A stretch of DNA of 64,000 nucleotides from a virus, in IMG/VR virus record IMGVR_UViG_3300028394_000034, one strand, 5' to 3'. Positions 51,736-61,926 of this stretch are shown in pieces (position 1 is the stretch's first letter; each line of letters opens with the position of its first letter). The notes beneath the pieces are model-generated. The model was not told the origin of the DNA and searched no databases. It saw nothing but the letters and a program-made list of their open reading frames with translations. Both the position numbers and the translations under genes were made by a program.

Positions 51736-52258
51736 TCAGTAATTATAGACTCTATAACTCTGATAATTCACAACCGGAGTTGTTACATATTGAATATTAG
51801 GAACCACCACATCAGTATAATATACTGGTCTAGTAACCATTACCTGAACAGGAACCATAACCACCATTGGAACTTGAACAGCCCCATAATAAACTGGAGG
51901 TTGAGCAACCAATGGAGCAGAGTATACAGGAGGTCTAGGATGATGCTTTTGCCAACAACTTTCAAAACCAAAAGTTTCATTCCCATAACATAACCCACCT
52001 AACACTGCACAAATTAATAAAATCTTTTTAGTCATTGTTTCAACCTTCTGAGTTGATTTGGATTGTACTATTCTTCCTTGGACGACCACGTTCCTTTTTC
52101 AAACTCAACTTCCTACGTTGACGACGAACCATAGCTGTTGTTACAGATTGTCCCGTCATCTGACTAAGCTTACCAGCTAAAGCCTCATCGTTAAACAAAA
52201 GATGGTTATTTTGAATATAGTCTGTTTCTGTACTTGTCCACTTTTTATAATTGGCCAT
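51736..52258 (-). CDS. Signal-peptide Pro/Val/Tyr-rich protein (51736-52089) and a small basic protein (52040-52258)
   Basis: MTKKILLICAVLGGLCYG signal-like start. The second ORF has KKWTSTETDYI and an AT-hook-like RGRPRK. Confidence 0.55.
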
Positions 52259-52462
52259 AAATTTTGATCCTTTTCTAAATATTGACTAAAACCATATTGA
52301 CATTATTATATTAGGTATTGACAAGTTTCGCGCAAGGAGATTTTATGACAAGCAACGACCTTAATCTGATAGATTCCATTTTGACAGTAAAGGCTTCTGG
52401 CGTAGAGGATGTTTCTAAGGATTTGAACCTCCCCGAAGGAAAGAGTATAGCAGAACTATTAC

Positions 52463-53155
52463 ATGACCAACAAAAAACCGACAAAATCGACCAAACCTAA
52501 AATATCAGATAAAAATAATAGTGATTTACCAAATGGCGTTTCTCAAGAAGAATTTCTCATAGTATTGGATAACATAAGCAAAAGACTTGGCCACAAATTC
52601 CGCTTCGGTTATCACGACTTTGATGATATGAAACAACAAGCTGCCATATTCGCTATGGAAGGCTTGGAAAAATACGATAATAGTCGCCCATTAGAGAATT
52701 TCTTATGGACCCACGTAAGAAATCGCCTCTTTAATTTTAAACGTAATAATTATCAAAGGCCCGACAAACCCTGTTTTACCTGTCCATTATTTGATAAAGC
52801 CTATAAATGCTCTAACAATCAGTGTTCAAAATACACAGATAAGAGTGAGTGTGAATTATATTCATCTTGGGCAACACGAAATGATGCCAAGAAGAATATT
52901 ATGCAACCTTCCCATATCGAACATGACATCCACCACTGCAAAAACCAAAATTTCACCACATTAATTCAAAATCAAGAGATTATTAAATTTCTAGATCAGA
53001 ATATCCAGTCAGAACATAGAGAATGTTATCTCAAATTGAAGCATGGACACAAAATTCCCAAGCAACAGCTTAATAAATTACAAAAACATATCTCAGAACT
53101 AATGGAGAAAAAAGAGTGGCAACAAATAACGCCCCCCGAAAACGAGGACAATTAA
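52463..53155 (+). CDS. Sigma-70 family (ECF-like) phage sigma factor with a Cys-rich insert
   Basis: Region 2-like DDMKQQAAIFAMEGLEKYDNSRPLENFLWTHVRNRLFNFKR; first large gene of the late module. Confidence 0.65.
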   Translation: MTNKKPTKSTKPKISDKNNSDLPNGVSQEEFLIVLDNISKRLGHKFRFGYHDFDDMKQQAAIFAMEGLEKYDNSRPLENFLWTHVRNRLFNFKRNNYQRPDKPCFTCPLFDKAYKCSNNQCSKYTDKSECELYSSWATRNDAKKNIMQPSHIEHDIHHCKNQNFTTLIQNQEIIKFLDQNIQSEHRECYLKLKHGHKIPKQQLNKLQKHISELMEKKEWQQITPPENEDN

Positions 53156-53946
53156 GCTTAGAAGAAGAAAAGTTTATAAGAGACCATTTTGACAAGTTAT
53201 CTATTGAACAAATCTCAGAAGTTTTAAATCGAAATCCCCCTCCAATCAAAAGATATATAGAGGAGAGCCGATTAACTGTACCCACCGAAGAAAAGAACGA
53301 CAATGCTTTCTTAAAACAAAAACTCCACACCAAAACATTCTGGACCGAAGTTCAAAGACAATTTGATGAAGAGTCTGGGGAGTTAGCCTATTTTGAAGAT
53401 ACTTGGGTTGGCCTAATTAAACAGTTTAGAGAGGATGTTCTACCCGCCGAAGAACTTCAAATTAAACAATTCATCACTATAGATATTCTTATCAATAGAA
53501 GTATGAAAGAACGTAAACGTCATATTAGCGAAACCGACAAGCTACAACGTTTAGTTGATAAAGAATATGATAAGTCTGAAGACCAAAGAGATGCCGCCAG
53601 ACTCATGAATTTAGAAACTCAATTAAGTTTTGCCCGTAATAGTATAGCCAATTATACAAATGAATATACTAAACTGCTTAACGAACAACAAAAAATAAGC
53701 AAAGACTTAAAGGCCACACGAGAGCAAAGAATTAAAAGAATCGAAGATGGCAAAAGCTCATGGACCGGATTAATAAGAATGTTAGAGGACGAAGTTATTA
53801 GAGAACGTGAAGGCCGTGAGATGGAAATATTAGCATTAGCCACCGACAAAGCCAAGAAAACTCTTCAAGGATATCACTCATACGAAGATCGAACATTAGA
53901 CCGCCCCTTTTTAACCCCCGACAGTGTAGAGGACAATAATGAATAA
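53116..53946 (+). CDS. Helical hypothetical protein, possible terminase small subunit
   Basis: HTH-like N-terminus, coiled coils and position upstream of terL; the function is inferred from position only. Confidence 0.35.
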   Translation: MATNNAPRKRGQLSLEEEKFIRDHFDKLSIEQISEVLNRNPPPIKRYIEESRLTVPTEEKNDNAFLKQKLHTKTFWTEVQRQFDEESGELAYFEDTWVGLIKQFREDVLPAEELQIKQFITIDILINRSMKERKRHISETDKLQRLVDKEYDKSEDQRDAARLMNLETQLSFARNSIANYTNEYTKLLNEQQKISKDLKATREQRIKRIEDGKSSWTGLIRMLEDEVIREREGREMEILALATDKAKKTLQGYHSYEDRTLDRPFLTPDSVEDNNE

Positions 53947-54946
53947 AGTAGCTATGGTAACAGGAGTAACCGGCCAAGACGGATCTTATTTAAGTGAACT
54001 ATTACTTAATCAAAATTATACAGTGATAGGACTTCATCGTAGAAGTAGTGTTAATAACTTTGAAAGAATTAACCACCTATTAAATAATCCCCGTTTTAAG
54101 CTAGAAGAATTTGATCTAACTGACCCTAGCGATTGTTCATATGTTATAGAGTCCTATAGCCCCAACGAGCTTTACAATCTTGCTGCACAAAGCCATGTGG
54201 CCACCAGTTTTAAACAACCCACAACCACCATGGAGATTAATACAATAGGAGTTATCAATCTTCTAGAGACCATAAGAGCCCGATCTCCAAAGACTCGTTT
54301 TTATCAGGCTAGTACTAGTGAGATGTTTGGGGCAAATTATACTTCGGGAGATTTTGGTGGAAAATATCAAAATGAGGATACTCCATTTCTTCCTCAAAGT
54401 CCTTATGCTGTTGGTAAGTTGTCTAGTCATAGGATGGTGCAGATTTATAGAGAGGCATATAATATGTATGCTTGTTCTGGTATTCTATTTAATCATGAAA
54501 GTCCCCGCCGTGGTGAAAACTTTGTTACTCGAAAAATCACGAGATATCTAGGCCGTTTAATTAATGGTGTAATTTCTAAAGAGAATAAACTCAAGCTTGG
54601 TAATTTAGATGCGACAAGAGACTGGGGCCATGCTAAAGATTATGTTGAGGCTATGTATTTAATGATGACTCAACAAAAAGCAGACGATTACGTTATTGCA
54701 ACAGGGTCAGCATATACTGTACGAAACTTTTTAGAAAAAGCTTTTGGTCTTGTTAATCTAGATTATAAAGACTATGTAGAAATTGATCCTGAACTGTATA
54801 GGCCCGCTGAAGTTACTTATCTTAAGGGAGATTATTCCAAAGCTAAAAAACAATTAGGATGGACTCCAACATCTTCTTTGGATGATCTCGTTAAGGATAT
54901 GGTAAATAGTGACATTGAGGCATATTCAAATGCTAAGAAACTTTAA
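53939..54946 (+). CDS. gmd: GDP-mannose 4,6-dehydratase
   Basis: TGVTGQDGSYL, YNLAAQSHV, YQASTSEMFG, SPYAVGK, FNHESPRRGENFVTRKI and RDWGHA. Confidence 0.95.
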   Translation: MNKVAMVTGVTGQDGSYLSELLLNQNYTVIGLHRRSSVNNFERINHLLNNPRFKLEEFDLTDPSDCSYVIESYSPNELYNLAAQSHVATSFKQPTTTMEINTIGVINLLETIRARSPKTRFYQASTSEMFGANYTSGDFGGKYQNEDTPFLPQSPYAVGKLSSHRMVQIYREAYNMYACSGILFNHESPRRGENFVTRKITRYLGRLINGVISKENKLKLGNLDATRDWGHAKDYVEAMYLMMTQQKADDYVIATGSAYTVRNFLEKAFGLVNLDYKDYVEIDPELYRPAEVTYLKGDYSKAKKQLGWTPTSSLDDLVKDMVNSDIEAYSNAKKL

Positions 54947-55202
54947 TGATCCAACATATAAAAAATGGCGCAAAGCTGTATATTCTAGAGATGGTCACAA
55001 GTGTCAGTGGCCAGGATGTTCAATTAGGAAAAAGTTAAATGCTCATCATATAAAAACTTGGGCTGAATTTCCAGCATTAAGATACTGTACTCAAAATGGT
55101 ATAACATTATGTTATAATCATCATAAAATGATTAAAGGAATGGAAAGCATCTATGAGGGCATCTTTTTAAAGATTGCAAATGAAAATGACAAATCACTCT
55201 GA
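54909..55202 (+). CDS. HNH endonuclease
   Basis: RDGHKCQ...LNAHHIK...NGITLCYNHH. Confidence 0.85.
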   Translation: MTLRHIQMLRNFNDPTYKKWRKAVYSRDGHKCQWPGCSIRKKLNAHHIKTWAEFPALRYCTQNGITLCYNHHKMIKGMESIYEGIFLKIANENDKSL

Positions 55203-55665
55203 CTTTACCATCATAATAGATACCCGCGAACAACAACCGTGGACTTTTGATAATTATGCTACAGCCCACAAGAAGCTGGATACTGGGGACTATAGTATTG
55301 AGGGACTAGAAACAATATTAGGCATCGAAAGAAAAAAGAGCGTTAGCGAGTTTGCAAACAATATCATAGAAAGCAGATTTAAAGATGTTGTATTCAGAAT
55401 GAGTCAGCTTAAATACTCATTTTTATTACTTGAATTTGACTTAGAAGATATTCTTATTTATCCAGTAGGATCAACAGTTCCTAAGAAGATGTGGGACAAA
55501 ATTAAAATATCTCCAGCCTTTATTCTTAAACATATTCTAGAGTTGCAGTTAAATCATAACATCAAAGTTTTATTTTGCGGAGATTCTGATAGCGCAAGTA
55601 AAATGGCAGAACATATTCTTAAAAAGGTTCATTACATTGAAAGATTTACAAAAAAAGACATTTGA
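55174..55665 (+). CDS. ERCC4-domain nuclease
   Basis: IIIDTREQ...LDTGDY...IERKKSVSE. Confidence 0.85.
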   Translation: MQMKMTNHSDFTIIIDTREQQPWTFDNYATAHKKLDTGDYSIEGLETILGIERKKSVSEFANNIIESRFKDVVFRMSQLKYSFLLLEFDLEDILIYPVGSTVPKKMWDKIKISPAFILKHILELQLNHNIKVLFCGDSDSASKMAEHILKKVHYIERFTKKDI

Positions 55666-57664
55666 AGATGCATGGTTAGGATTAGGAGATCTGAGCCTAA
55701 TAGACATATCTAAAAACCTTATGATCAATAGATCAGAGGAAGACATAGAGAATCCGGATCTTCATTTGATGAGACTATTACGCAATCCTAAATACTTTGC
55801 TATCTCATGCAAATTACTCTTTAACATAGAACTCCACCCTATACAAGTAGCAGTGTTGCAGGAATTCTGGAATCGACCGTTCCCCATGTTTATAGCCAGC
55901 CGCGGATTCGGTAAGTCTTTTATTCTGGCTCTTTACTCCGTTTTGAAATGTGTTTTCGTCCCTGGCACCAAAATCGTGATTGTTGGTGCTGCCTTCAGAC
56001 AGAGTAAAATTATCTTTGAGTATATGGAGACCATCTGGAGGAATAGTCCAATACTAAGAAGTATTTTTAATGGAAATGATGATGGTCCAAGAAGAGACGT
56101 AGATCGTTGCACTATTAGATTAGGAGATAGTTGGGCATGTGCTATTCCTATGGGTGATGGAAGTAAGATCAGAGGATTGAGAGCACATATTATTATTGCT
56201 GACGAATTTGCATCTATCAGTCCAGATATTTATGAAACAGTAGTCGCCGGGTTCGCGGCTGTTTCTGCTAGTCCAATACAGAATGTAAAAGAACAAGCAA
56301 AGAAAAAAGCAATGACAGAAGCTGGATTATGGAATGAAGAATTAGAAGCTCTAGATACTAAAATGGGAAATCAAGCAATAATATCAGGAACAGCAGACTA
56401 CGCTTTCAAACACTTTGCATCATACTGGAAAAGATACAAGGGAATAATAGAGAGCAAGGGAGAGAAAAGAGTCTTAGAAGATTTATTCAAAGGAGATGTT
56501 CCAGCCAACTTTAATTGGAGAGACTACTCAATCATTAGAATGCCTTATGAATTAATTCCAAAAGGCTTCATGGATGATAAACAGGTAGCTAGAGCCAAGG
56601 CAACAATCCATACAGGCATTTATAATATGGAGTATGCCGCCTGCTTCGTTACAGATAGTGAAGGCTTTTTCAGAAGAAGTTTAATAGAGAACTGTGTTAC
56701 GTCAGACTCCAAACCTATCGTTATCAACGAGAAAAGAATAATATTCGATGTCTCAGTGTCAGGTAATAGCTCTGCACAATATATTTATGGAATTGACCCA
56801 GCCTCAGAGCAAGATAATTTTAGTATTACCGTACTAGAAGTTCATCCAGACCACTCTCGTATCGTCTATTGCTGGACAACTAATAGAAATAACTTTAAAG
56901 AAAGACAAAAAACTGGTCTAGTAAAAGATCATGACTTTTATGGATTCTGTGCTAGGAAAATTAGAAACCTAATGAAAACCTTCCCATGCGCTAGAATAGG
57001 AATGGACGCACAAGGAGGAGGAGTAGCAATAGAAGAAGCTTTGCATGATCCTTCTAAATTGGAAGATGGAGAAAATCTAATTTGGCCAGTAATAGACCCT
57101 AATAAAAAATCTGAAACTGATGACCAAGCTGGCCTTCATTTGATTGAGCTTGTGCAGTTTGCCAAGGCAGATTGGACTAGTCAAGCAAATCATGGATTAA
57201 GAAAAGATTTAGAAGATAAAGTATTATTATTCCCTAGGTTTGATAGTTTAACTCTAGGATTAGCCTTAGATAAAGAAGGTAAAGATATATTAGAAACAGA
57301 TTTAAATCCAATATACGATAGTGTTAGTGAATGTATTTTAGAAATAGAAGAACTAAAGAACGAATTGACCACTATTGTTATGACACAAACAAGTAATGGT
57401 CCTAATGCTAGAGATAGATGGGATACTCCTGAAATCAAATTACAGAATGGCAAAAAGGGAAGACTCAGAAAAGACCGATATAGTTCATTAATAATAGCAA
57501 ACATGCTAGCAAGACAAATGAATAGGACTTTAAAAAATATCTCCTATGATATAGTCGGTGGAAATGCCAGGAATATGGTTGGACAGACAGGAGATATGTA
57601 TAAGGGACCAGAATGGTTTACTTCTTCTGCTAACGATGAGATTTATAAGGGCATTTATAGATAA
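55637..57664 (+). CDS. terL: Terminase large subunit
   Basis: Walker A ASRGFGKS, Walker B IIIADE, nuclease motif YGIDPA and KDRYSS. Confidence 0.9.
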   Translation: MKDLQKKTFEDAWLGLGDLSLIDISKNLMINRSEEDIENPDLHLMRLLRNPKYFAISCKLLFNIELHPIQVAVLQEFWNRPFPMFIASRGFGKSFILALYSVLKCVFVPGTKIVIVGAAFRQSKIIFEYMETIWRNSPILRSIFNGNDDGPRRDVDRCTIRLGDSWACAIPMGDGSKIRGLRAHIIIADEFASISPDIYETVVAGFAAVSASPIQNVKEQAKKKAMTEAGLWNEELEALDTKMGNQAIISGTADYAFKHFASYWKRYKGIIESKGEKRVLEDLFKGDVPANFNWRDYSIIRMPYELIPKGFMDDKQVARAKATIHTGIYNMEYAACFVTDSEGFFRRSLIENCVTSDSKPIVINEKRIIFDVSVSGNSSAQYIYGIDPASEQDNFSITVLEVHPDHSRIVYCWTTNRNNFKERQKTGLVKDHDFYGFCARKIRNLMKTFPCARIGMDAQGGGVAIEEALHDPSKLEDGENLIWPVIDPNKKSETDDQAGLHLIELVQFAKADWTSQANHGLRKDLEDKVLLFPRFDSLTLGLALDKEGKDILETDLNPIYDSVSECILEIEELKNELTTIVMTQTSNGPNARDRWDTPEIKLQNGKKGRLRKDRYSSLIIANMLARQMNRTLKNISYDIVGGNARNMVGQTGDMYKGPEWFTSSANDEIYKGIYR

Positions 57665-57722
57665 AAGTGTATTTAAAGTTAGTAATATAAACGTATTCCC
57701 ATTACAATTCTATTGAAATAAT

Positions 57723-59921
57723 ATGGCTAAAAAATATTCGAAAAACGACGTAATCCAGAATGCCCGAACTGTTCCAGAAAATGCTTACGTTACTTGGGGA
57801 GATGATCTTTCCAGCAAGCAGGAGGCCCTAAAAGAATCTTCTGCTTCTTTGGATGAATTTACAATGGTTGAAAAAGCCCAAGGAGGCAGGCGTTTTGGTT
57901 TGGATTATTCCAATCTAGACGGAGTTTCTGGAGGTCGTCCAGGATTAACTCGATCTGATTATTACTACTTTAGACCAGATGAAGCTCCTCCTCAGAAGAT
58001 CAAAGAGATAATTCGTAGATCAGAAGATATTTATCAAAGAGTAGGTCTTGTTAAAAACGTTATAGATCTTATGGGTGATTTTGCAAGTCAGGGAATTCGT
58101 ATAGTTCATAAAAATAAGAGAATAGAGAGATTCTATAGAAGATGGTTTAAAAAGATAGAAGGCAAAGATAGATCAGAAAGATTTCTTAATAATATTTATA
58201 AGACTGGGAATATTGTTATTGATCGAAGAACAGCAAAATTAAGTTTAAAAGTAACAGATAAGCTTTATCAAAGTATGGGATCTGCTGATCTTCAGATTTC
58301 AGATATTGATGTTGTTCCAGTTGTTGAAAAAAGAGAAGTCCCTTGGAAATATACTTTCATAGATCCAGCATATGTAGATGTTGCAGCAGGCTCTTTATCC
58401 TCCTTTGTTTCTAGTTCAAATAAAACATATGAATTACAACTTCCTGCATCTCTTAGAAAAGTTATAAATACTCCAAAAACAGATGCTGAAAAACAAATAG
58501 TAGCATCTCTACCCTTAGAGATTATTCAAGCAGCCAAAAGCAAGAAACCATATTCATTAGACCCAAACAAAACTCTTGTTTTCCATTATAAGAAAGATGA
58601 CTGGCAGGCTTGGGCATATCCTATGATATATGCTATCATGGATGATATTACAGTTATTGAAAAACTAAAATTAGCAGATATGGCAGCTTTAGATGGAGCC
58701 ATATCAAATATTAGAATTTTTAAGTTAGGAAATCTAGAACACAGAATAGCTCCCACAAAAGCAGCTACTGCAAAACTAGCTCAAATTCTAGGAAATAATG
58801 TTGGCGGTGGAACAATGGATCTTGTTTGGGGTCCAGATATTGAGCTTATTGAATCCAAGACCAATGTTCATCAATTCTTGGGTGAAGGTAAGTACGTTCC
58901 TCATATGAATAGCGTCTATGCTGGCTTAGGTATTCCTCCCACATTAACTGGAACATTCGGAGCTGCTGGTACTACAAATAACTTTATTTCTCTTAAGACA
59001 CTAACTCAAAGACTACAGTATGGTAGAGATGTTTTAATTGAATTCTGGGAGCAGGAAATAGCTTTAGTCCAAAAGGCTATGGGATTTAAACATCCAGCTA
59101 AAGTAGAATTTGATAGAATGGATCTTAGTAATGAAGATACTGAAAAAGCTTTGTTGATACAACTTGCTGATAGAAATCTAATTAGTGATGAGCTTATTCA
59201 AACAAGATTTGGTTTTGATCCAGATATGGAGAAGTCTAGACTTAATAGAGAGTATAGAGAAAGAAAAACTGATCGCATGATTAATAAGGCAGGACCATGG
59301 CATGATCCACAATTTACTAATGCTCTTAAAAAGATTGCTCTTCAAGCAGGAGTAGTATCTCCAAGTCAAGTAGGTTTAGATTTAGAAAAGAAAAAGTCTG
59401 GAGAGAAGAGTGCTTTAGAGATGAGACAACAGGCTATTCCTCCAAAATTAGGTACTGGTCCTAACCCTACTCAATCACTACCAAAAGAACCTGGAGAAGG
59501 AAGGCCTAAACTATCCAACGATAAAGAAAAAAGAAAAACAAAAGTTTTCAAACCTCAGACTGGTGCTAGCCTAATGATCTGGGCAAATAAAGCTCAAGAT
59601 AATATTTCAGAGATAATGAATCCAATATTGCTAGAATTTTATAACAAGAAAAACTTAAGAAGCATGTCTTCTTTAGAATCTCAAGAAGCAGAAATTATTA
59701 AAACAAAAATGCTATTCAGTTTTCAACCATATGTAAAAATAGACGAAAATTCAGTATTAGCTGCTTTTAATAATATAGATAAAAAAGAACATAATCATAT
59801 TATTGAAACCTATAAAAATTGGCTAAAAGAAATAGCTAATGAATTAAATACCCAGTTATCCGTAGAAGAACAAAAACAGGCTAAGGCTTCTTTTTACTCA
59901 ATGGTGTATTCATCTACATAA
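57723..59921 (+). CDS. Portal protein
   Basis: 732 aa, directly after terL and before the protease and capsid genes; VKNVIDLMGDF, AGLGIPP and FDRMDL resemble portal segments. Confidence 0.75.
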   Translation: MAKKYSKNDVIQNARTVPENAYVTWGDDLSSKQEALKESSASLDEFTMVEKAQGGRRFGLDYSNLDGVSGGRPGLTRSDYYYFRPDEAPPQKIKEIIRRSEDIYQRVGLVKNVIDLMGDFASQGIRIVHKNKRIERFYRRWFKKIEGKDRSERFLNNIYKTGNIVIDRRTAKLSLKVTDKLYQSMGSADLQISDIDVVPVVEKREVPWKYTFIDPAYVDVAAGSLSSFVSSSNKTYELQLPASLRKVINTPKTDAEKQIVASLPLEIIQAAKSKKPYSLDPNKTLVFHYKKDDWQAWAYPMIYAIMDDITVIEKLKLADMAALDGAISNIRIFKLGNLEHRIAPTKAATAKLAQILGNNVGGGTMDLVWGPDIELIESKTNVHQFLGEGKYVPHMNSVYAGLGIPPTLTGTFGAAGTTNNFISLKTLTQRLQYGRDVLIEFWEQEIALVQKAMGFKHPAKVEFDRMDLSNEDTEKALLIQLADRNLISDELIQTRFGFDPDMEKSRLNREYRERKTDRMINKAGPWHDPQFTNALKKIALQAGVVSPSQVGLDLEKKKSGEKSALEMRQQAIPPKLGTGPNPTQSLPKEPGEGRPKLSNDKEKRKTKVFKPQTGASLMIWANKAQDNISEIMNPILLEFYNKKNLRSMSSLESQEAEIIKTKMLFSFQPYVKIDENSVLAAFNNIDKKEHNHIIETYKNWLKEIANELNTQLSVEEQKQAKASFYSMVYSST

Positions 59922-59935
59922 AATAGGAGTATATA

Positions 59936-61420
59936 ATGCAAATTTTTAAACAAGAAATTGAAGATGGTTTAGAGGCTAAAGTAGCAGCATCTGCATCGAT
60001 AACCTATGCTGCTTTTGCCCAGCCTTGTGATAAAAATACTAAAAATGCTATGAAACATATTAAGAGTTTAGCTTCTCTTAATGATAGTGATTTATACTAT
60101 GTTCAGTCTATTTTAGTTAGTTCATCATGGAATAAAAATGATGACATCTTCGATAAAACCGAAGTTTGGCTAGCTAAAAATACTCCAGAAGATAAGCCCA
60201 CAAATCTAGAGCATGATGAAAATCTTATTATCGGACATATTACATCAAACTGGCCAATCACAGAAGATGGAATACTAATTGATGCAAATACTCCTATGGA
60301 GAATTTGCCAGAAAAGTATCACATTCTAACAGGCTCAGTTATCTATAAGGCTTTTTCTAATCCTGAGCTTAAGGACAGATCAGACAAGCTTATTGCAGAA
60401 ATAGAAAATGGTCAAAAGTATGTTAGTATGGAGTGCTTTTTTAAGGGATTTGATTATGGTGTCCAAGATAAAAGCAGTGGAGAATATAAAGTTTTAGCAA
60501 GAAATGAGGAAACAGCATATCTTACTAAATATTTAAGAGCCTACGGTGGACTAGGCGAACATGATAATTATAAGATTGGTAGAGTATTACGAAATATTAC
60601 GTTTTCTGGTAAAGGCTTTGTTGATAGACCAGCCAATCCAGATAGTATTATTTTTAAGAAAAACATTTTTAGTGAATCACCAGAAAATATTTCTGATGAA
60701 AAAATTGAAGATTTATCAATATCAGGTGTATCAAATAATCAGTCAACCTCTAACGTGGAGAATCATACTATGAGTTTAGAAAAAGAAGTTGTAGAAGCCG
60801 CCGAAATAGTCGCTGAACAACTCACAGAAAATACAAAAGAATTAGAAGCAACAGTACTAGCTAAAGAAGAAGAAATTGCAAAGCTAAAAGCAGAGCTAGA
60901 TCTTCTAAAGAGCGAAAAAGAAGAAGCTGCTAAAAAGATTAAAGAAGATGAAGACTCTAAGGATGAAGAGAACAAGAACCTCAAGGCTGCTTTAGAAGCT
61001 GCTAATGAGACAATTGCTGGCTACAAGATGAAAGAAGAAGAAATGGCTAAAAAAGAAAAAAAGATGAAAAGAGTAGCCTCTCTTGTTGAAGTAGGTGTTG
61101 ATACCGAAACAGCAACATCCACAGTAGAAAAATTTGAATCTCTAGATGATGAAGCTTTTGATGCTATGACTTCACTATTTGCTGGCAAAATGCCACCATG
61201 GTTGGAGAAGATTAAAAAGGGAGATGACGAAGAAGATACAAAGACTAAAGAAAAGAAAAAGGCTTCAGAAGAGATTACTGATCCTTCAATTCTAGAAACA
61301 GCAGAAGTAGAAGAAACAGTTAATCTAAGTGTTGGCGGCGAAACTGCTGAATCAGCTATCGAAGCCACACGTGCAGATTTGGTAGCATTTGTTTATAGCA
61401 GATTAGGCAAGAAACTCTAA
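59936..61420 (+). CDS. Prohead protease/scaffold fusion
   Basis: N-domain with NLEHD, VSMEC and FSGKGFVDRPAN; C-terminal K/E-rich coiled coil; in-frame internal start at 60770 with a GGAG Shine-Dalgarno. Confidence 0.7.
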   Translation: MQIFKQEIEDGLEAKVAASASITYAAFAQPCDKNTKNAMKHIKSLASLNDSDLYYVQSILVSSSWNKNDDIFDKTEVWLAKNTPEDKPTNLEHDENLIIGHITSNWPITEDGILIDANTPMENLPEKYHILTGSVIYKAFSNPELKDRSDKLIAEIENGQKYVSMECFFKGFDYGVQDKSSGEYKVLARNEETAYLTKYLRAYGGLGEHDNYKIGRVLRNITFSGKGFVDRPANPDSIIFKKNIFSESPENISDEKIEDLSISGVSNNQSTSNVENHTMSLEKEVVEAAEIVAEQLTENTKELEATVLAKEEEIAKLKAELDLLKSEKEEAAKKIKEDEDSKDEENKNLKAALEAANETIAGYKMKEEEMAKKEKKMKRVASLVEVGVDTETATSTVEKFESLDDEAFDAMTSLFAGKMPPWLEKIKKGDDEEDTKTKEKKKASEEITDPSILETAEVEETVNLSVGGETAESAIEATRADLVAFVYSRLGKKL

Positions 61421-61444
61421 AAACCTTTATAAGGGAGAACTGAA

Positions 61445-61903
61445 ATGGCTCTTAAACCACATCGTATCGAATCATACCAAGACGTATCCTTCTTCATGGA
61501 TACAGTAGGCGAAAGAGGCGGTATTGTTGTTCACAATACTTCCGGTAGCGGCGTTGCTATGGATGATGGCAATGCAGTAGTAATGTATCCAACAGGCGTT
61601 GTTTCTGGTACCAAGCCAGCCGGTTTGTTACTAAATGATGTTGTTAGTCTTGATCTAACAAGACAGCACATCAACTGGTTCCGTGACGAAGTACAAGTTG
61701 GCGGCAAGGTCTGCCTACTCCGTCAAGGTCAAGTAACAACCGATAGACTCGCTTCTGGTCAATCACCAACCGCCGGTGTTGACGCTTATTATGATGCCAC
61801 TGGTCTTCTAACAACAGTTAGCACTAACAGTGTTAAGGTTGGCAGATTCCTAGGCGCCAAAGATTCCGACGGCTATGTCAAAGTAGATATCAATATCACC
61901 TGA
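61445..61903 (+). CDS. Head decoration/cement protein
   Basis: 152 aa, Gly-rich beta pattern, lying between the scaffold and capsid genes. Confidence 0.6.
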   Translation: MALKPHRIESYQDVSFFMDTVGERGGIVVHNTSGSGVAMDDGNAVVMYPTGVVSGTKPAGLLLNDVVSLDLTRQHINWFRDEVQVGGKVCLLRQGQVTTDRLASGQSPTAGVDAYYDATGLLTTVSTNSVKVGRFLGAKDSDGYVKVDINIT

Positions 61904-61926
61904 AAACCTGATTAAGGGAGAAAAAA

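Noticed and set aside
103-51993. Most other plus-strand ORFs in the track before 52.3 kb, and minus-strand ORFs after it
   Set aside because: They overlap better-supported opposite-strand genes and show no recognisable motifs; the 24726 HNH is the exception.
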